Source: Asterionella formosa
Lineage: Eukaryota
Direction of reading: 5' to 3'
Length of the DNA: 64,000 nucleotides
Assembly (NCBI GenBank): GCA_002256025.1
Contig: NKIB01009122.1
Location: forward strand, 1-64,000
Part shown: one piece after another, positions 36,812-49,359 of the stretch
Position numbering within the stretch: position 1 is the first letter of the stretch
Layout of the letters: each line of letters starts with the position of its first letter
Translations under genes and position numbers: made by a program
The notes under the pieces: generated by a model
Databases searched by the model: none
Seen by the model: only the letters and a program-made list of their open reading frames with translations
What the model was told of the DNA's origin: nothing

Positions 36812-37222
36812 CTACCTCTGCCACGGCCATTGCTTTCCAACTCTTCCCTTGCGATCATCGGCATCGTCGGTACTCAACCAGGAGTCGTTGTCCTCTGGGA
36901 TCGAATACCCAACCAAGGATCTCACTTGACTCAATCTCCTCTCTCCGTCCTTTACTGCCATTTGAATACTTAACGCGTTGGTTTCCATGGAATCCCTACG
37001 AAAATTTAACATGACCTCCTGTTGTGCGTCCAGCTTGTGATCGTTATCCTTGATGACAGCAACCGCTTTCAAAAAATGCCGATATTGACGTAGGACAGTC
37101 TGCTTATGAACGAACTCTTGGAGGGAAGGGATCCCTGGCAACAGCCTTCCGCCGCGTTGGCGATGTCGTTTGGTGAGTATTGTCCCAGTGCGGTCAACAA
37201 TTACTTTACCTGCAGAGGACAT
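36812..37222 (-). CDS. LYR-motif (Complex1_LYR-like) mitochondrial protein
   Basis: PSLQEFVHKQTVLRQYRHFLKAV...VMLNFR...KDGERRL...RVGKQWPW; Arg-rich N-terminus. Confidence 0.75.
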   Translation of the reverse strand: MSSAGKVIVDRTGTILTKRHRQRGGRLLPGIPSLQEFVHKQTVLRQYRHFLKAVAVIKDNDHKLDAQQEVMLNFRRDSMETNALSIQMAVKDGERRLSQVRSLVGYSIPEDNDSWLSTDDADDRKGRVGKQWPWQR

Positions 37223-37366
37223 GGTGTAGAGTAAGATTCGTGTTTTTAATGCAATTGATGGCGATGAAGCACGAGCAAAGCCATCATGATCGATGCACTT
37301 TTCCTTAGTTTTTGTTTACGGCACCTGGCTGATGAGCGATTCGTTCCCTTTGACCACGCCGATATG

Positions 37367-37497
37367 TGTACCGGTATGTTACCGGTACTGGTACCTGGTA
37401 CAGTACCATGTACCTGCTACCTTGCATACGTACCTGGCAGTACCGTATACGGGTACCACCAAGTACCAGGGTAAGTACCTGGTACTCCCCAGGTACA
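37367..37497. promoter_or_regulatory. Long TACC(W)GGTAC array upstream of the LYR gene
   Basis: gtaccggtatgttaccggtactggtacctggtacagtaccatgtacctg...taccagggtaagtacctggtactccccaggtac. Confidence 0.55.
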
Positions 37498-37546
37498 GTG
37501 CCAGGAATGATGGGAGTGTGAGGAGAGGCAAGCAACAAGAGAGGTT

Positions 37547-37915
37547 TGATTGATTGCAAACGAGATAATTATTGAAGAATGAGCAAAACGCATGTTTACT
37601 ATGTGTGTTCCAAGTGTCATCCTGGTGGCGTCATCTCTGATGATGTGCCCTTTTTCTTTTTTATTGTACCTGTATCCATCCATTGTCTGTAGTACTATGT
37701 ATGTTGGCATCTATATTCTACAATGCACTGCTGTGATCCAGGAGGCCTGGGGCATCTAGATCAGCATTCATAATTTGGTCTCTAAACTTCTGGAAGGTGG
37801 CACCCTGTAGTGTTTTATCAAAGAAATCAGCAATCATGCTCTCAGTTGGGCAGTATCTCATGGTCACCTCATTTGTTGCAAAACAATCAGTCACAAAGAA
37901 GTACAATGCATGGAC
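37547..37915 (-). mobile_element. Ty1/Copia (CoDi-like) 3' remnant: RNase H end plus probable short 3' LTR (~37547-37725)
   Basis: YFFVTD...VTMRYCPTESMIADFFDKTLQGATFQKFRDQIMN is the copia RNase H C-terminus. It is followed by gatcacagcagtg, a PPT/LTR-junction-like sequence. Confidence 0.8.
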
Positions 37916-38344
37916 TGAACGTTGCAAGACGAATGAAATTCTCGGTGTTTTTGAAGATTGAGATGATGTGAGCAAGGTATGTCGTAGTATCTTAAGGGGG
38001 AGGGGGGGCAAGTTGTGATGGCTTTCATTCCCGTCACCTATTGCAGAAACACCATAATCTGACGACGGAAACATTTCAGTTCTCTACATATCTTTTATTT
38101 CTTCGTCTGTGTATCTGTCTCGAGTAACGCGAACGCAGCAAGTTGAAGAATACTGTATTGTGATAAAGAAGGAATGTGTCAGCCCCTGTCAACAATTGAT
38201 CCACAATGCGAACTCTGAAGTCAGAATTCTCATACATCGAAGCCGAACGCAAAATACCAAACCACGACGATAGGGCAAATACAGAGAGCTCACAAATCAA
38301 TCTTTTTTTATTTCTCATTAACAGACACCTAAGCAGCAAGGACG

Positions 38345-38799
38345 ATGGTGGAGCTTACCATTCATTCCAAAGCAGTCAATCTAGCCCGTCGTTACACTGT
38401 CCAGAACGAGAACGATCTCTTGCGTAAGTTGGCGTTCTACTTTCAGTAGACTTTAGGAAGAAGTTATTCATGCTCTTGTACATTACTGATTTATTATTAT
38501 TTTCTTAAATCATCTCACACGCATTAACAGAGGAGGACTATGCCGGTAAGTGAGTTTGTGTCATTAATAGGCCTAATTTGTTCAGGATGACTAACATTCT
38601 CAAATGTCTATATCCAGACGATGTGAGTGATTCTGCGAAGCAGAAAAAGGTTTACGACCATGCCTTTTGTAACGAACTGGCTTCCCACATGGATAATGTT
38701 AAGAATCTTCCTCCCCAATGCAAACAGTATGACGATATCGTGAAGGACCTGCAGAAACGTGAACGCGATAACGTGGAACCAACTCAGTTCTTGAGTTAA
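38345..38799 (+). CDS. Small hypothetical protein (91 aa), three exons 38345-38423, 38531-38545 (15-nt microexon), 38618-38799
   Basis: Introns 38424-38530 (GTAAGT..AACAG) and 38546-38617 (GTAAGT..CTAAC..CCAG) join in frame to give MVELTIHSKAVNLARRYTVQNENDLLQEDYADDVSDSAKQKKVYDHAFCNELASH...QFLS. An in-frame TAA lies upstream of the ATG. Confidence 0.7.
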
Positions 38800-39458
38800 G
38801 TGAGTTTTGGTCACAAATAACATCCATGAATGAACTGAAAATTTCTGGAATAGAATCGAGGAGCAAAACGATGGGATTTCCATGTCTCCCTCCTGTTAGT
38901 ATCAATCGGATTTTTAATAGAGATGGTTAACTTCTACCTATAGTAGGTCACACCGTACATTGGGGTCGATTTGAAATGATGGCGATGATTCTCGGCACTC
39001 TCAACGTCTTACTAGGTGATGGGAATTCTGTACATAGGGATCAATAGCAATGATGCACGATACTTGCTGGGTGGAAATTTCTTCAGCGAATACCACTCTC
39101 ATGTGAACAAGGATAAATATGTAAACTATTATATAAACGAAGCTATTGAGATGTATCCATCTGAAGGTCAAACGTAAGAGTAGAAAGGGCTGGTCCTTGA
39201 TGAAACTTGAAAATGCCACGGGGTTTTCTCTTATTGAAAATCTTTTGAATGCGATCTCAAACTCATTCAAGCTGTTTTGGCTACGGAGGAGCATACATGC
39301 AAATATTCCTTGTATCAGTCTGCGATGGGCAGTTCGTCCCAAATATGGAAATAAAGTACCCTGCCGAGTATGCCGATGAGAGTATAAATGAAAAGAATAG
39401 AGTTAAGAGAGGATTGTACATGATATAAAATCGTGCAGAGCTTTTTGCCGTTGCTGGC

Positions 39459-40521
39459 TCATGCTTTGGGCATGACAATTCGACTAGGTTGCTGTAGAGA
39501 ATCTTCCAAGTCATCCTCTGAAAGGAGACCAGCCTTCTTGGCAGCATATCCAATAATGACTCCTCTTTTTTTGGCAGACTGCACGTAAGACTTGAAATAG
39601 CATCGGATGCGGTCTCTAACAGTGACGAAGGAAAATGCCTCCTCATCAAACACGTATCCATGTTCGACAGCCAGTTCAAGCAAACGCTCTGTTAGGCTGT
39701 TGTTGTATTGCTTTTGTTGGACCGTATAATTGAGAGCGGAATGGCGAAGATATTCTTCGCGGTTGGCAATGAGAAATGCTTCCAACTGAAAAAAGATTGA
39801 GAAAAAAGAAAAAAGTTAGAAAATCCAGACGAGCACTTAACTGACACGATCACAACAGCCTTCGGAATTTGCTTACCTCTGGAAAGTTCTTCCAAGAGAA
39901 CTTCTTCCGAAGGATAGTTTTGAGTGAGCTGCTTGGAGAAGCCGACTTGGAATTTAATTGAATCCTTTTGTTGGTCCTGGGACTCTCTGCCTTGGTTGTT
40001 CGCTGCTTACGCAATAGCGCCGCCTTGCGTAATGGGAACCTGCGTGACACAGGCGAATCGCTTGGTGCTACGACGTCTTCGGAGGCCGTCTTCTTCTCTC
40101 CTCGATAGGTAGCGAGGTCTTCAGGAATATCAATGGAGACGGAGCGGATTCGATTCCAGATGCTGAAAAGATTTGCTGGCACAGGAGATTCTGTGCAACA
40201 AGCCGACAATGTAGCACTTGGTAGACAGGTCCGCTCCGACTCAAAATCTGGCAACTTTGGGAAGTTCTCAAGGTCATCTTCCCAGTTCACCCCATCCTTA
40301 TCAATCTCCATGTTCACAATAGCAGCAACAGAAAGAAGGAGCGCAGCTCCGCGTTCCTCTTCTAGTTCTGTACTGATAGGAGTATCGGCAGTTTGCATCA
40401 AACCTGGATTTTCTTCAGTCGTTGTTGGAGAAATCTGATGAACAAAACCTTTTGAGAGGCAGCTGCTACCTGGGCTCATCAACCCAGCTTCATCAGGACT
40501 GATTGTGGAAAGCTGAACCAT
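39459..40521 (-). CDS. Hypothetical protein with conserved C-terminal KKFSWKN.PELE...RDRIRCYFKS domain. Exons 40521-39877, 39785-39459
   Basis: Intron 39786-39876 (GTAAGC..TTCAG) joins LRKKFSWKNFPE to LEAFLIANREEY; paralog at 44317. Confidence 0.88.
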
Positions 40522-41293
40522 GGTAACGGATAAATCTTGCGTGGTCAAAGAGCAAATCGACTTAATTTTGGTTGAGGTTTTCGATCGTTGGCGGATGCTA
40601 GATGAAAGAACAAATGTGATGCACACACACAGAACCAAGAAGAATCATTTCTCATCGGAGGGTCTGTAGAATCCCACGGGGACTTCAGTCGAGGAAATAT
40701 TGATGTGATGATGTCAACTCTCACCCCACCACTCATCAGTAGTGTTTTTGGCACTTCAACTTGTTCAATGTTCAGTTAAACTTATACTTAAAGTGTACGG
40801 GTGATGGGTATCGAACGTGTAGAAGGTATAGCCTGTGAGAGGGAGGTTCAAATATACGGGGAGTCTACGTAATAAAGAATTCTCGTCGCTTTGCTTCACT
40901 CCCATGTATGGATCTGGGATAGCGGATGAAATAATTAGGGTTATTTGGAGCATACTTGGTTTATTGATACAGTGGCAGGATGTGGTACTGGCTTCGTGGT
41001 GTCAACAGGCAGCTGTTGCGATCTCTATTTTGCGAAAACAATATCAACTAACAAGACCCACGTGTTCTTGTGTACGCAGTTATTTGGACGATGGATTAGA
41101 AAAGCAGTGATATGACACCACTATGGTTGGTCGCTTAATTAATTGGTCACCCCGTAGCTCGAAGGTTTCGCAACACTCCATTAGTTATAGGGGCTGTACA
41201 TATTGTTTGCCCCAGCCGCATGCCTCAATCTCCTACGTATGGAGTTCCGATGATTATCCCGTTCCATTATTATAACTACTAACATTATACGGC

Positions 41294-41463
41294 ACCTGGT
41301 ACCAGTACCCGGTAGTCAAGCAACCGGGAATACCGGTGTACAAGGTACCTGTTACCAGGTACCGTACTGTAGAAACAGGAATGACGCGATAGGAATGACA
41401 TATATACCGCGGTAGGCAACGTGTTACACTATCAGGTACCTGGTACCAGGTACTAGTACCGGA
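41294..41463. promoter_or_regulatory. TACCWGGTAC array in the divergent intergenic region
   Basis: cacctggtaccagtacccggtag...ggtacctgttaccaggtaccg...caggtacctggtaccaggtactagtaccgg. Confidence 0.5.
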
Positions 41464-41674
41464 AGAGTACTACTCGGAGTGCATAGCTGGTGACCACGCA
41501 CCATTGCGCATTTACCAGTAAGAAACAATCTGTCATGTCATTTCAGCTGAATTTTTAGCAGTAACTGATTATTGCATTATATGTTCTGGAAAAGGGATAA
41601 ATGAAAAGATATATTTATCCCTCAATAAAGATACATTGTCCATCCAAATGAGGCAGTCATTTCACCATTTTTGA

Positions 41675-41914
41675 ATGAAAAGAGACAAGCCGCCATACTT
41701 GCTTGATGGAACTTTCACTTGTGAAAATAATAGAAAAATGAGTATGAAGCAAGCTCATGCTTTGTGTTATCCTCAAGATAGCAAGTCAAAACGAAGGTGT
41801 AAGTGTATGAAAGAATGCACAAATGCTTGTGGATGTTTTAAGGAAAAGTATGGTTGCAGTGTGTCTTGCAAATGTTTTGCAACAGGTATGAAAAAATTCA
41901 ATAAAAAATTGTAA
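41675..41914 (+). pseudogene. Cys-rich (CXC-like) C-terminal fragment, probably from a transposase or integrase
   Basis: SMKQAHAL...CKCMKECTNACGCFKEKYGCSVSCKC, isolated in AT-rich DNA. Confidence 0.4.
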
Positions 41915-42799
41915 GTGATTATTAGTAGGTAACAATTCTTTTCATAAGATTTTTTGTCATATGAAAATCTGGTGAAACAGCTGTGTAGGAAACTGTGGTG
42001 GACACAGTAATGATTAGAAAATGCCTTATGCTACCAGCCAGGTAGTAGTATGGTCTATCTGATCAAATTTTCATCAGTATTATGCATACTACTACCAGTG
42101 TACTTAGGCGTATTGGAATCGACCCTACCGGTACATCAGGGATCAGAATGGTGATTTTTTTGGCCTATAAAACATTTAATTAAAGTTCAATTGCCTCCGA
42201 ATTGACTTGACATTTTAATCCGGGATTCGAAAAGGATGGCCATGACTGCAGAGCATATTCACAAAACAAGCGCTCGTATAAAGATACTGCGACTTCTCGC
42301 TTCAAATCTGATGAAGGAAAAAGCCGGAAAATTCAATAAATAGCTTCGATTCAGCAGATTTCACCAGTAAATTCTGCTGATTCGGATTTCATCAGATATG
42401 GCATAACGGATCTATTATGTCTTCCAAAAATTGGAGGGATTATGTCATTGTTCCCTGGCTGTCATATTTATTCCTTGTCATGGTTGGACGAAGGAGTACT
42501 GGTACGCAGGTGCTCCGTACTGGTGGTACCATGGTACCTTGGTACTACGTACCTGGTATTCCAGGAAGGCCCGATCGTGCATGTTTCATGCGCACTTTTT
42601 CAGTTTCGACTCACTCCCAATGACTCGTCTCATGCCTGCCAGACGAGATAGGCTGACTTTCCATTCCAAACTCTCGTAAGTAAATTTGTATTATGTTCTG
42701 ATCATCGAAATCGTGTTGACCTACCACTACTACTGGTAATGGTATTCAGCAAGAACTGCAAGACGGTTTACTAATGGAATTCACCACTCAGCAGTAAGA

Positions 42800-42914
42800 A
42801 CTTCTAGTCGTAGTCAGTAAATTCTGTTCTTAGTCAGCAACTTCTATTCGTAGTCAGCCACTTCTAATCATTTTCAGCCACTTCTAATCGTTATCAGCAA
42901 GTTCTAGTCGTTAT
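42800..42914 (+). repeat. Minisatellite, ~20-bp unit (tcagcaacttctagtcgtag), 5-6 degenerate copies
   Basis: acttctagtcgtagtcagtaaattctgttcttagtcagcaacttctattcgtagtcagccacttctaatcattttcagccacttctaatcgttatcagcaagttctagtcgtta. Confidence 0.8.
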
Positions 42915-44316
42915 ATGCAGTCACCTACTGGATCAGTAATCATAAACGAAAGAGTTATTTTGAAAATGTCTATGTGTCTATGGACAATTAATTATAATGG
43001 TTATATTTAGAGAATCAAACAAAATTTGGTTCGACCTACAGATTGCCATAGCGTAGAGTGTTGCATACTGTGAAAGTGTTAAATCTTGTCCTAACTTCGT
43101 TGTTTGGAATTGTGCATGGTCTAAAGTACATGAAGAAATGGGCCGTTGGCGACTTCAGTTTTCGTTGTCAATATTAGTGTTATTACAGTATTTTTTACGT
43201 TGTATTATCTATGTCGTTTTAGATATATTCACCCAATAGCAAAAGTATCATTTCAATTTTTTTGGAAAAATTCGCCATTTTCGTCATGGTCAAGGCGGAG
43301 ACGTGGCATGATGCAGGATTCTCCAGTCACTCACAAGAACTAGACTGTATTTATATATACATATAGAAACAAATCGCAACATTGCCGGAAAAGGAGTACT
43401 GGTACATCATACTGTGTGCCGTACCCGATATGCTGTCTTCTAATCGATGTACCGGTACCCGTTGTCTTATGTGATGATGTCATATGCTTCTCCTGATCCC
43501 GGATTCATATCATGCAAAAAGGAAAGATGCTACCGGTACCTGGTACCCTGGTAGTGGTGCCGGCGATTCGACGAAATTATTTTCAACCGGAGGGTGTATA
43601 TACCAGCTTTCACTGGTAACAGGTACTCCGAATACCCTGTTAGACTAGCATGGTCGTAAATATTTACCAGGGAGTTGTGGTTAACGACGGTTTTTGCTAT
43701 AAGGAAAACAAAGCTAAATTTCTCATTTGCTGCAGCTTGCAGGTAGACAGACTTCTTGTTGATATTGACTTGCGTCTTGTTGACGAACAGCAGAGATCGG
43801 CATGCTTTGAACTCCTGCTCATGATTGTTAGAATTATATATAAGGGGGGGGGGGCTGAATCAAGTTTACCGTACCTTTTTCACCTACCTGGTAATAATAT
43901 TCTTGACGGTATGAATGTTTATGATATGGATGATTATTATTTAGGAAATACTGTGCATAAAAAGAAAAAGGGCTATCATACAAACAATGATTATAATTAT
44001 CCAACTATATATTATACGTATATACGTTCACAATTTTAACTTTTCCTGAAGTTTAGTTTTAAGGCGACATGACATTCAATAGGTACCCAGTTTCTTCGTG
44101 TAAATGATGAGAACGAAGTCAAAACTAGTTGCTATCGTCCTCCTACTGAATTGGAACAAAGGTAAAGTAGCCGTTTTCACTGACGAGCCCCTCCTTACCC
44201 TAATCTGCTTGTATACTCCCTTGTGCGCTCCCTTTCCTCGCCCAGTAGCCGCGAACCTTGTAGAAATAAAACGATTGGGATTTGAGACGAGAGGTCGACG
44301 ATCGATAAGTAACGCC

Positions 44317-45186
44317 ATGTTGGAGTTATTGCATAACCAGCCTCAAAATCCAAGGATCGGCGATGCAAATTTGGTGTCAGCTGCCTTCATCCTGATACAA
44401 GTGGCAACAATAGCTAGCAATGAAATCAACGAGACGACTAGGAACAAACGAACACTCGTCGGTTACACCTTGACTGAAAATATAGTGTCCTGCGACGGAA
44501 ATTCTAATCATCCGTTATCTGATGAATTGATTGATGTTGAACGGCATGAGGAATCCTTAGGAATTCGCGGTCGATCCATATCATTGTCATCTACAGAAAC
44601 GAAGAATCTTCCCTTGCGATCTCCACCTAGCTCTCCTTGTATTGGCACTTCCAATGTTCCTCCAAGCGAAATTCTAGTTCAAGCTTTCCCGCCAATCATG
44701 GAATTGATTCCATCATCGCCACCAATTACTTCCAGAAAAAAAGCGAAGGTCGGCAAAGGCAAGATTATGTGTGTAGGACAAACAACACCTCATCGCCTAA
44801 AAGGTGTTCTCCACAAAAAGTTTTCCTGGAAAAACTTTCACGAGGTTCGTGATTCTTCTTGGTCTGAGCTCTATTCCTTACTAATATTGGCATAATGAGC
44901 TAACACATTATTGCTTCTCTCGTTTCAGCTCGAAGACTTTCTGGTCCTGCATAGGGACGAATACTTTCAACATTCTTGCAATCACAACTACTCAGCAACG
45001 CAGAAAGAGTACAACAACGCGTTAACGAACGAATTATTAGACCTTGCCAGCGGTTTAGGTTACACATTTGAAGAGTTTACTTTTGCTGAAATTCGTGATC
45101 GAATTCGGTGCTACTATAAATCCTACCTTCAAGCACTGAAGAAGCAACGCAAAAAGTTCGAACCAAGTCAAAAGGTGGATAAGTAA
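44317..45186 (+). CDS. Paralog of the 39459-40521 gene. Exons 44317-44844, 44929-45186
   Basis: Intron 44845-44928 (GTTCGT..CTAAC..TTCAG) joins LHKKFSWKNFHE to LEDFLVLHRDEY...RDRIRCYYKSYLQ. The start could be an upstream ATG near 44104. Confidence 0.85.
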
Positions 45187-45567
45187 CGACAGGGCTTGAT
45201 GCGTTTGTGTACGCGTAGGATATGTAGCATGTATTACTGATACAAACATATGGATATATTTTTATTTCATCTTGTATGACCGATGAGACCAATATGGTAG
45301 CTTGCAACTTCACATTTGAACGTCGGGTAGGTGCAATAATTATTTCCAACTTCGATTCGCAAAACTAACAATTGTGTGTGCGATAATTTGGGATACTCAT
45401 CGAAAGTTACAGTACCTCGAAACGATGCATACCTAACAGTTACCGCCCCTGCCACAATTTTGTACGATGCACAAGTCTGCTTGGTACGTCACAATTAATA
45501 ATATTCGGAAACGCATGAGTATATTGTCTTGACTACACGTAATTACACAATCGACAATCGTTCTCCG

Positions 45568-47300
45568 CTAGGCCTCCGGTCTGGTAGCGCCAGGCCCAGT
45601 TGGAATGATTTCCCCCGCTGCATCTAAAACCGATTGAAAATACTTGATGGTTTCCTTCAATCCATTTTCCACAGTCACTTTGGGTTCCCAGTTGATTTCC
45701 CGCTTCGCTGTCGAAATGTCGGGTCGCCTCTGTGAAGGATCATCCTCGTTTTTAGGCAAAAAGATAATTTCACTTTTGCTTCCAGTCATTTTCTTGATGT
45801 ATTCCGCAAATTTCTTGACGGAATACTCGTCAGGGTTTCCGAGGTTGACAGGGAGGTCGTAATTGCCATTCATCAACGAGTGCAACCCATCGACTAAGTC
45901 ACTGACATATTGAAAGGAGCGTGTCTGCTCCCCCTGGCCGTAAATTGTTATGTTCTTGTCCTGTAGGGACTGGATGATGAAATTACTCACCACACGGCCG
46001 TCGTTGGGATGCATACGTGGCCCAAATGTATTAAAAATACGGGCCACACGAACTTCCACCTGGTTTTGGTTGCGGTACGAATACATCATAGTTTCGGCAA
46101 CACGCTTTCCTTCGTCGTAGCAAGCGCGAGGTCCAATAGTATTGACATTCCCCCAGTAGGATTCATGCTGAGGATGAACCTTGGGGTCTCCATAAACCTC
46201 CGATGTCGAGGTTAGTAGCATACGAGCGTGGGTGCGCTTGGCGAGACCAAGCATATTAAGTGTACCCATGGTTGATGTCTTGATGGTCTTGACCGGGTTG
46301 TATTGGTAATGAGGAGGGGAAGCAGGGCAAGCTAGATGATAGATTTGATCGACTTCGAGAGTGATTGATTCCGTTACATCATGTACAATCAAACTGAAGA
46401 AAGAAAGTTGAAGAAAGCAAGTAAGTCAACATTGGAATAGTTAAGTCATAGTTGAAGAAATAATAACCACTTTTCAAAAGGAGGGACATTTTTCTCTCAC
46501 CTGAAGTTGGGATGATGTAGCCAGTGAGCAATATTCTTCTTCTGTCCCGTGAAAAAGTTATCAACAACGATAACTTCGTGTCCTTCCACCATCAGCTTAT
46601 CAACCAAATGAGATCCCACAAAGCCTGCTCCACCGGTAACCAGAATCTTCTTACGCTGATGATCAGGCAGTTGTGTTGTATACATAACAGTAGGAGTGGT
46701 GGAAGTGGGAATCGACTGCTTCGACGTGAGATCGTTGTCTTCCACCAATCTTGCTTGGATTGCAGTCAACACTCCAGGCTTGGCAACTGTGCTTTTCTCG
46801 TCGGTAGGCTTGTCAGCAGTGGCAACACCTTGGCTTTCACCAATAAGCTTAATTGCATTCTGTTCCTTTTCTTCCTCGGATTCGATCGGCAAATCTAGCC
46901 CTTCTTCTTGCTCGTCCGTCTCAATGCCCTCCTTCTTTTTTTCGGGTTTCTCTTCTTCACTTGGAGACAAATGTCGAGTAGAAAAGTGTGAATTCACATT
47001 CTTGTATTCGTCGTTATTGTTGCGAATTTTGTCCAAGATCGACGGACTCGTGGACTTGGAAATCGTAGTCATATCATCGAATCCCAAGTGCTGCACGAGA
47101 AGCACGGGCAAAATCAAATATCCAAAGAGTACGCCAAGTGTAAGGAGCATCAACGATTGACGCGAAACAAATGATCCAGACATGGACGTAGTGGCGCTTG
47201 GAAAACCACGGCGCGTAAGCAAGCTAGGAGGACTCCTAGGAGGATAGAGGGCACGACCTCGATGGCCCAACAAGGAGGAGCGGGAAGCAGGCTGTGACAT
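45568..47300 (-). CDS. UXS1: UDP-glucuronic acid decarboxylase (UDP-xylose synthase), type II membrane-anchored. Exons 47300-46501, 46393-45568
   Basis: [58 protein letters not shown]. Intron 46394-46500 gives [12 protein letters not shown]-terminal TM helix. Confidence 0.96.
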
Positions 47301-47844
47301 GGCTATTTCAATGACTTTGGAAAGGAGAACCTGGCAACACCGGGTACTATTATTAGATGAGATACGGTAATCCTACGTATGGATGGTCAGCTGCACGACT
47401 GCTACATGGCTCCAAATAAACATACCACCGCAATTCAAAGAATCCAACCTGCAGCAAGCCATACAAATACCGTTATATCACCCGTAACGTAAAAGCCTGT
47501 TTCCTATATACACTCCCCCTCATTATCATGAGCGTACATACCGGCAGCTGGTAGGTACTCCTGGTACCTGGTCCCAGGTACCTACCCATCCTAGTATAGT
47601 ACTCGAGGTGAAGGTGCCAGTATCAGAAGATAACTATCATATTAGTTAATCATTTTATCGAACTCATAACTAGGTTGACATCAAATAATTCAATTGGTGA
47701 TAGTTGAGTTCTCTCATTATCGAGTTTTGTAATACTTGATATAACCCTACTAAGTCTATATACACCTGGTGTATCATGCATGCATTGTGTGGGATCTCTC
47801 ACTCTCCCAGCACACTAAGCAAGGGAAAACCTTTCACATACTAT

Positions 47845-48960
47845 TAAAAGGTTTGCTTTGGCGAATGTTAATTCTTTCAGTTATGTGCATAGTTCATTGA
47901 AAAATGACTGTACCATTAGCATGCATTTGAATAATAGTATATGCCCTTTCCCATGATGTATTGGTGGTTATCAAATAGGATCATCTCCAAAACTTTGTAA
48001 TCACAAAAATGATGATGAAATTTAGCACCACGAAGTCTTTCATCAATTATTACTTGTCGATGTTGATGTATTAACAGTAAATTTTTAATCAATGGAATAT
48101 TTAATATCATGTCATGTTGGAAAAACAGTGTCAGCAGTGCTCCTGCTGGTGAAATATGAAATGCACTATAAACAGTTGCTCGAGCTGCATAGATGCAGCA
48201 GCAAAGCATGCATCTACAATATTCTGAGCTTGAAATTCATTGATTGGAGGATGAGCCTTTAACATTGTATGAAGGCTGTTACTGATGGATTGATGAGGCT
48301 GAACATTTACAACAAATAAAATGAGCTTGTTATGAATTCTTGACTTTAGTAGCTAGTAGTGCTGTCTTTAATTCCATTCAGACGAACCAACATTTGAAAA
48401 ATGAATACCCGTAAACTCATCCTCATTATCATGGATATAACTTCCTGGACAAGTATACCGGCTTGCCAATCATTTTTGAATTTCATAGCAATAGATTCTG
48501 ATGTTTGATTGTTGATACGTGAAATTTCTGCTAAATTGCTTGGTGACTGTGATCTATACGAGTTTAAGTCCAAAATTTAATCGCTTTTGCAGCCTGTCAC
48601 TCTTATCTTCCATGGGCCAATAAAATCCACTGCGAATTCTGCACTAGCTAATTCTGTACATCGACATGCTTCAGATGTGCTTGCAGGATTTTCCCCTCAT
48701 GCTTTAAATGTTGGATGATAAAAATCAGCAGCTATTATAGCATCCAATCTTGTCATGCCCACATGGGCTAACATAGTATGATGATACCAATTAATAATAT
48801 TTTTCAACGGGCACAGTGTAGAAAATATAGCGATACTACGGCAATTAAATCCTGGATTCTCCACAAAACTTTTTCAAGTGTATGTCATGAAAATTGATAG
48901 AATGAAATGTTAAAGGATAATTGTGTTGATAGATAATCAATTGAGAATCCAGCAATTGTC
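47845..48960 (-). mobile_element. Ty3/Gypsy retrotransposon integrase remnant (decayed)
   Basis: Fragments AVDFIGPWKI, EISRINNQTSESIAMKFKNDW, YAARATVYSAFHISP...FQHDMILNIPLI...RQVIIDERL and ITERINIRQSKPF; many stops. Confidence 0.8.
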
Positions 48961-49359
48961 TATCATGTATCAAATTAAAATCCAAGGATATTGAATATTG
49001 TTTCCTGCCAAAATTGGATGATTGAGAAAACAGGTATTAACAAGGTCGACATTGTCGGACTTGTGAACGTGGCATCATGGAAAAATTCCTTTGCAAATAT
49101 TGCGATAAACAGGAAAGCAATTTCCAAACGAGGATGGTAGGAGCCGAGAAGTACCAAATTTGGAATGCCGAATTGTATGCGAAAAAAATTTCCCCGAAGT
49201 TTGTTTGCTTTACCACGGAATTTGCTTCTGACCTCAACTTGGCGAAAAATCGAGGCGAATGTTCCCTAATTGGTAGCAATTGCCACCTGTTTGTTAATCA
49301 AGCCTCTCAACTCTCTGGGAGGTAGATTTCTGCATAAAGGTTATGATGTGATATTCAGT

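Noticed and set aside
42800..42914. Short regularly spaced repeats as a CRISPR array
   Set aside because: Units are head-to-tail with no unique spacers, there are no cas genes, and the context is eukaryotic; it is a minisatellite
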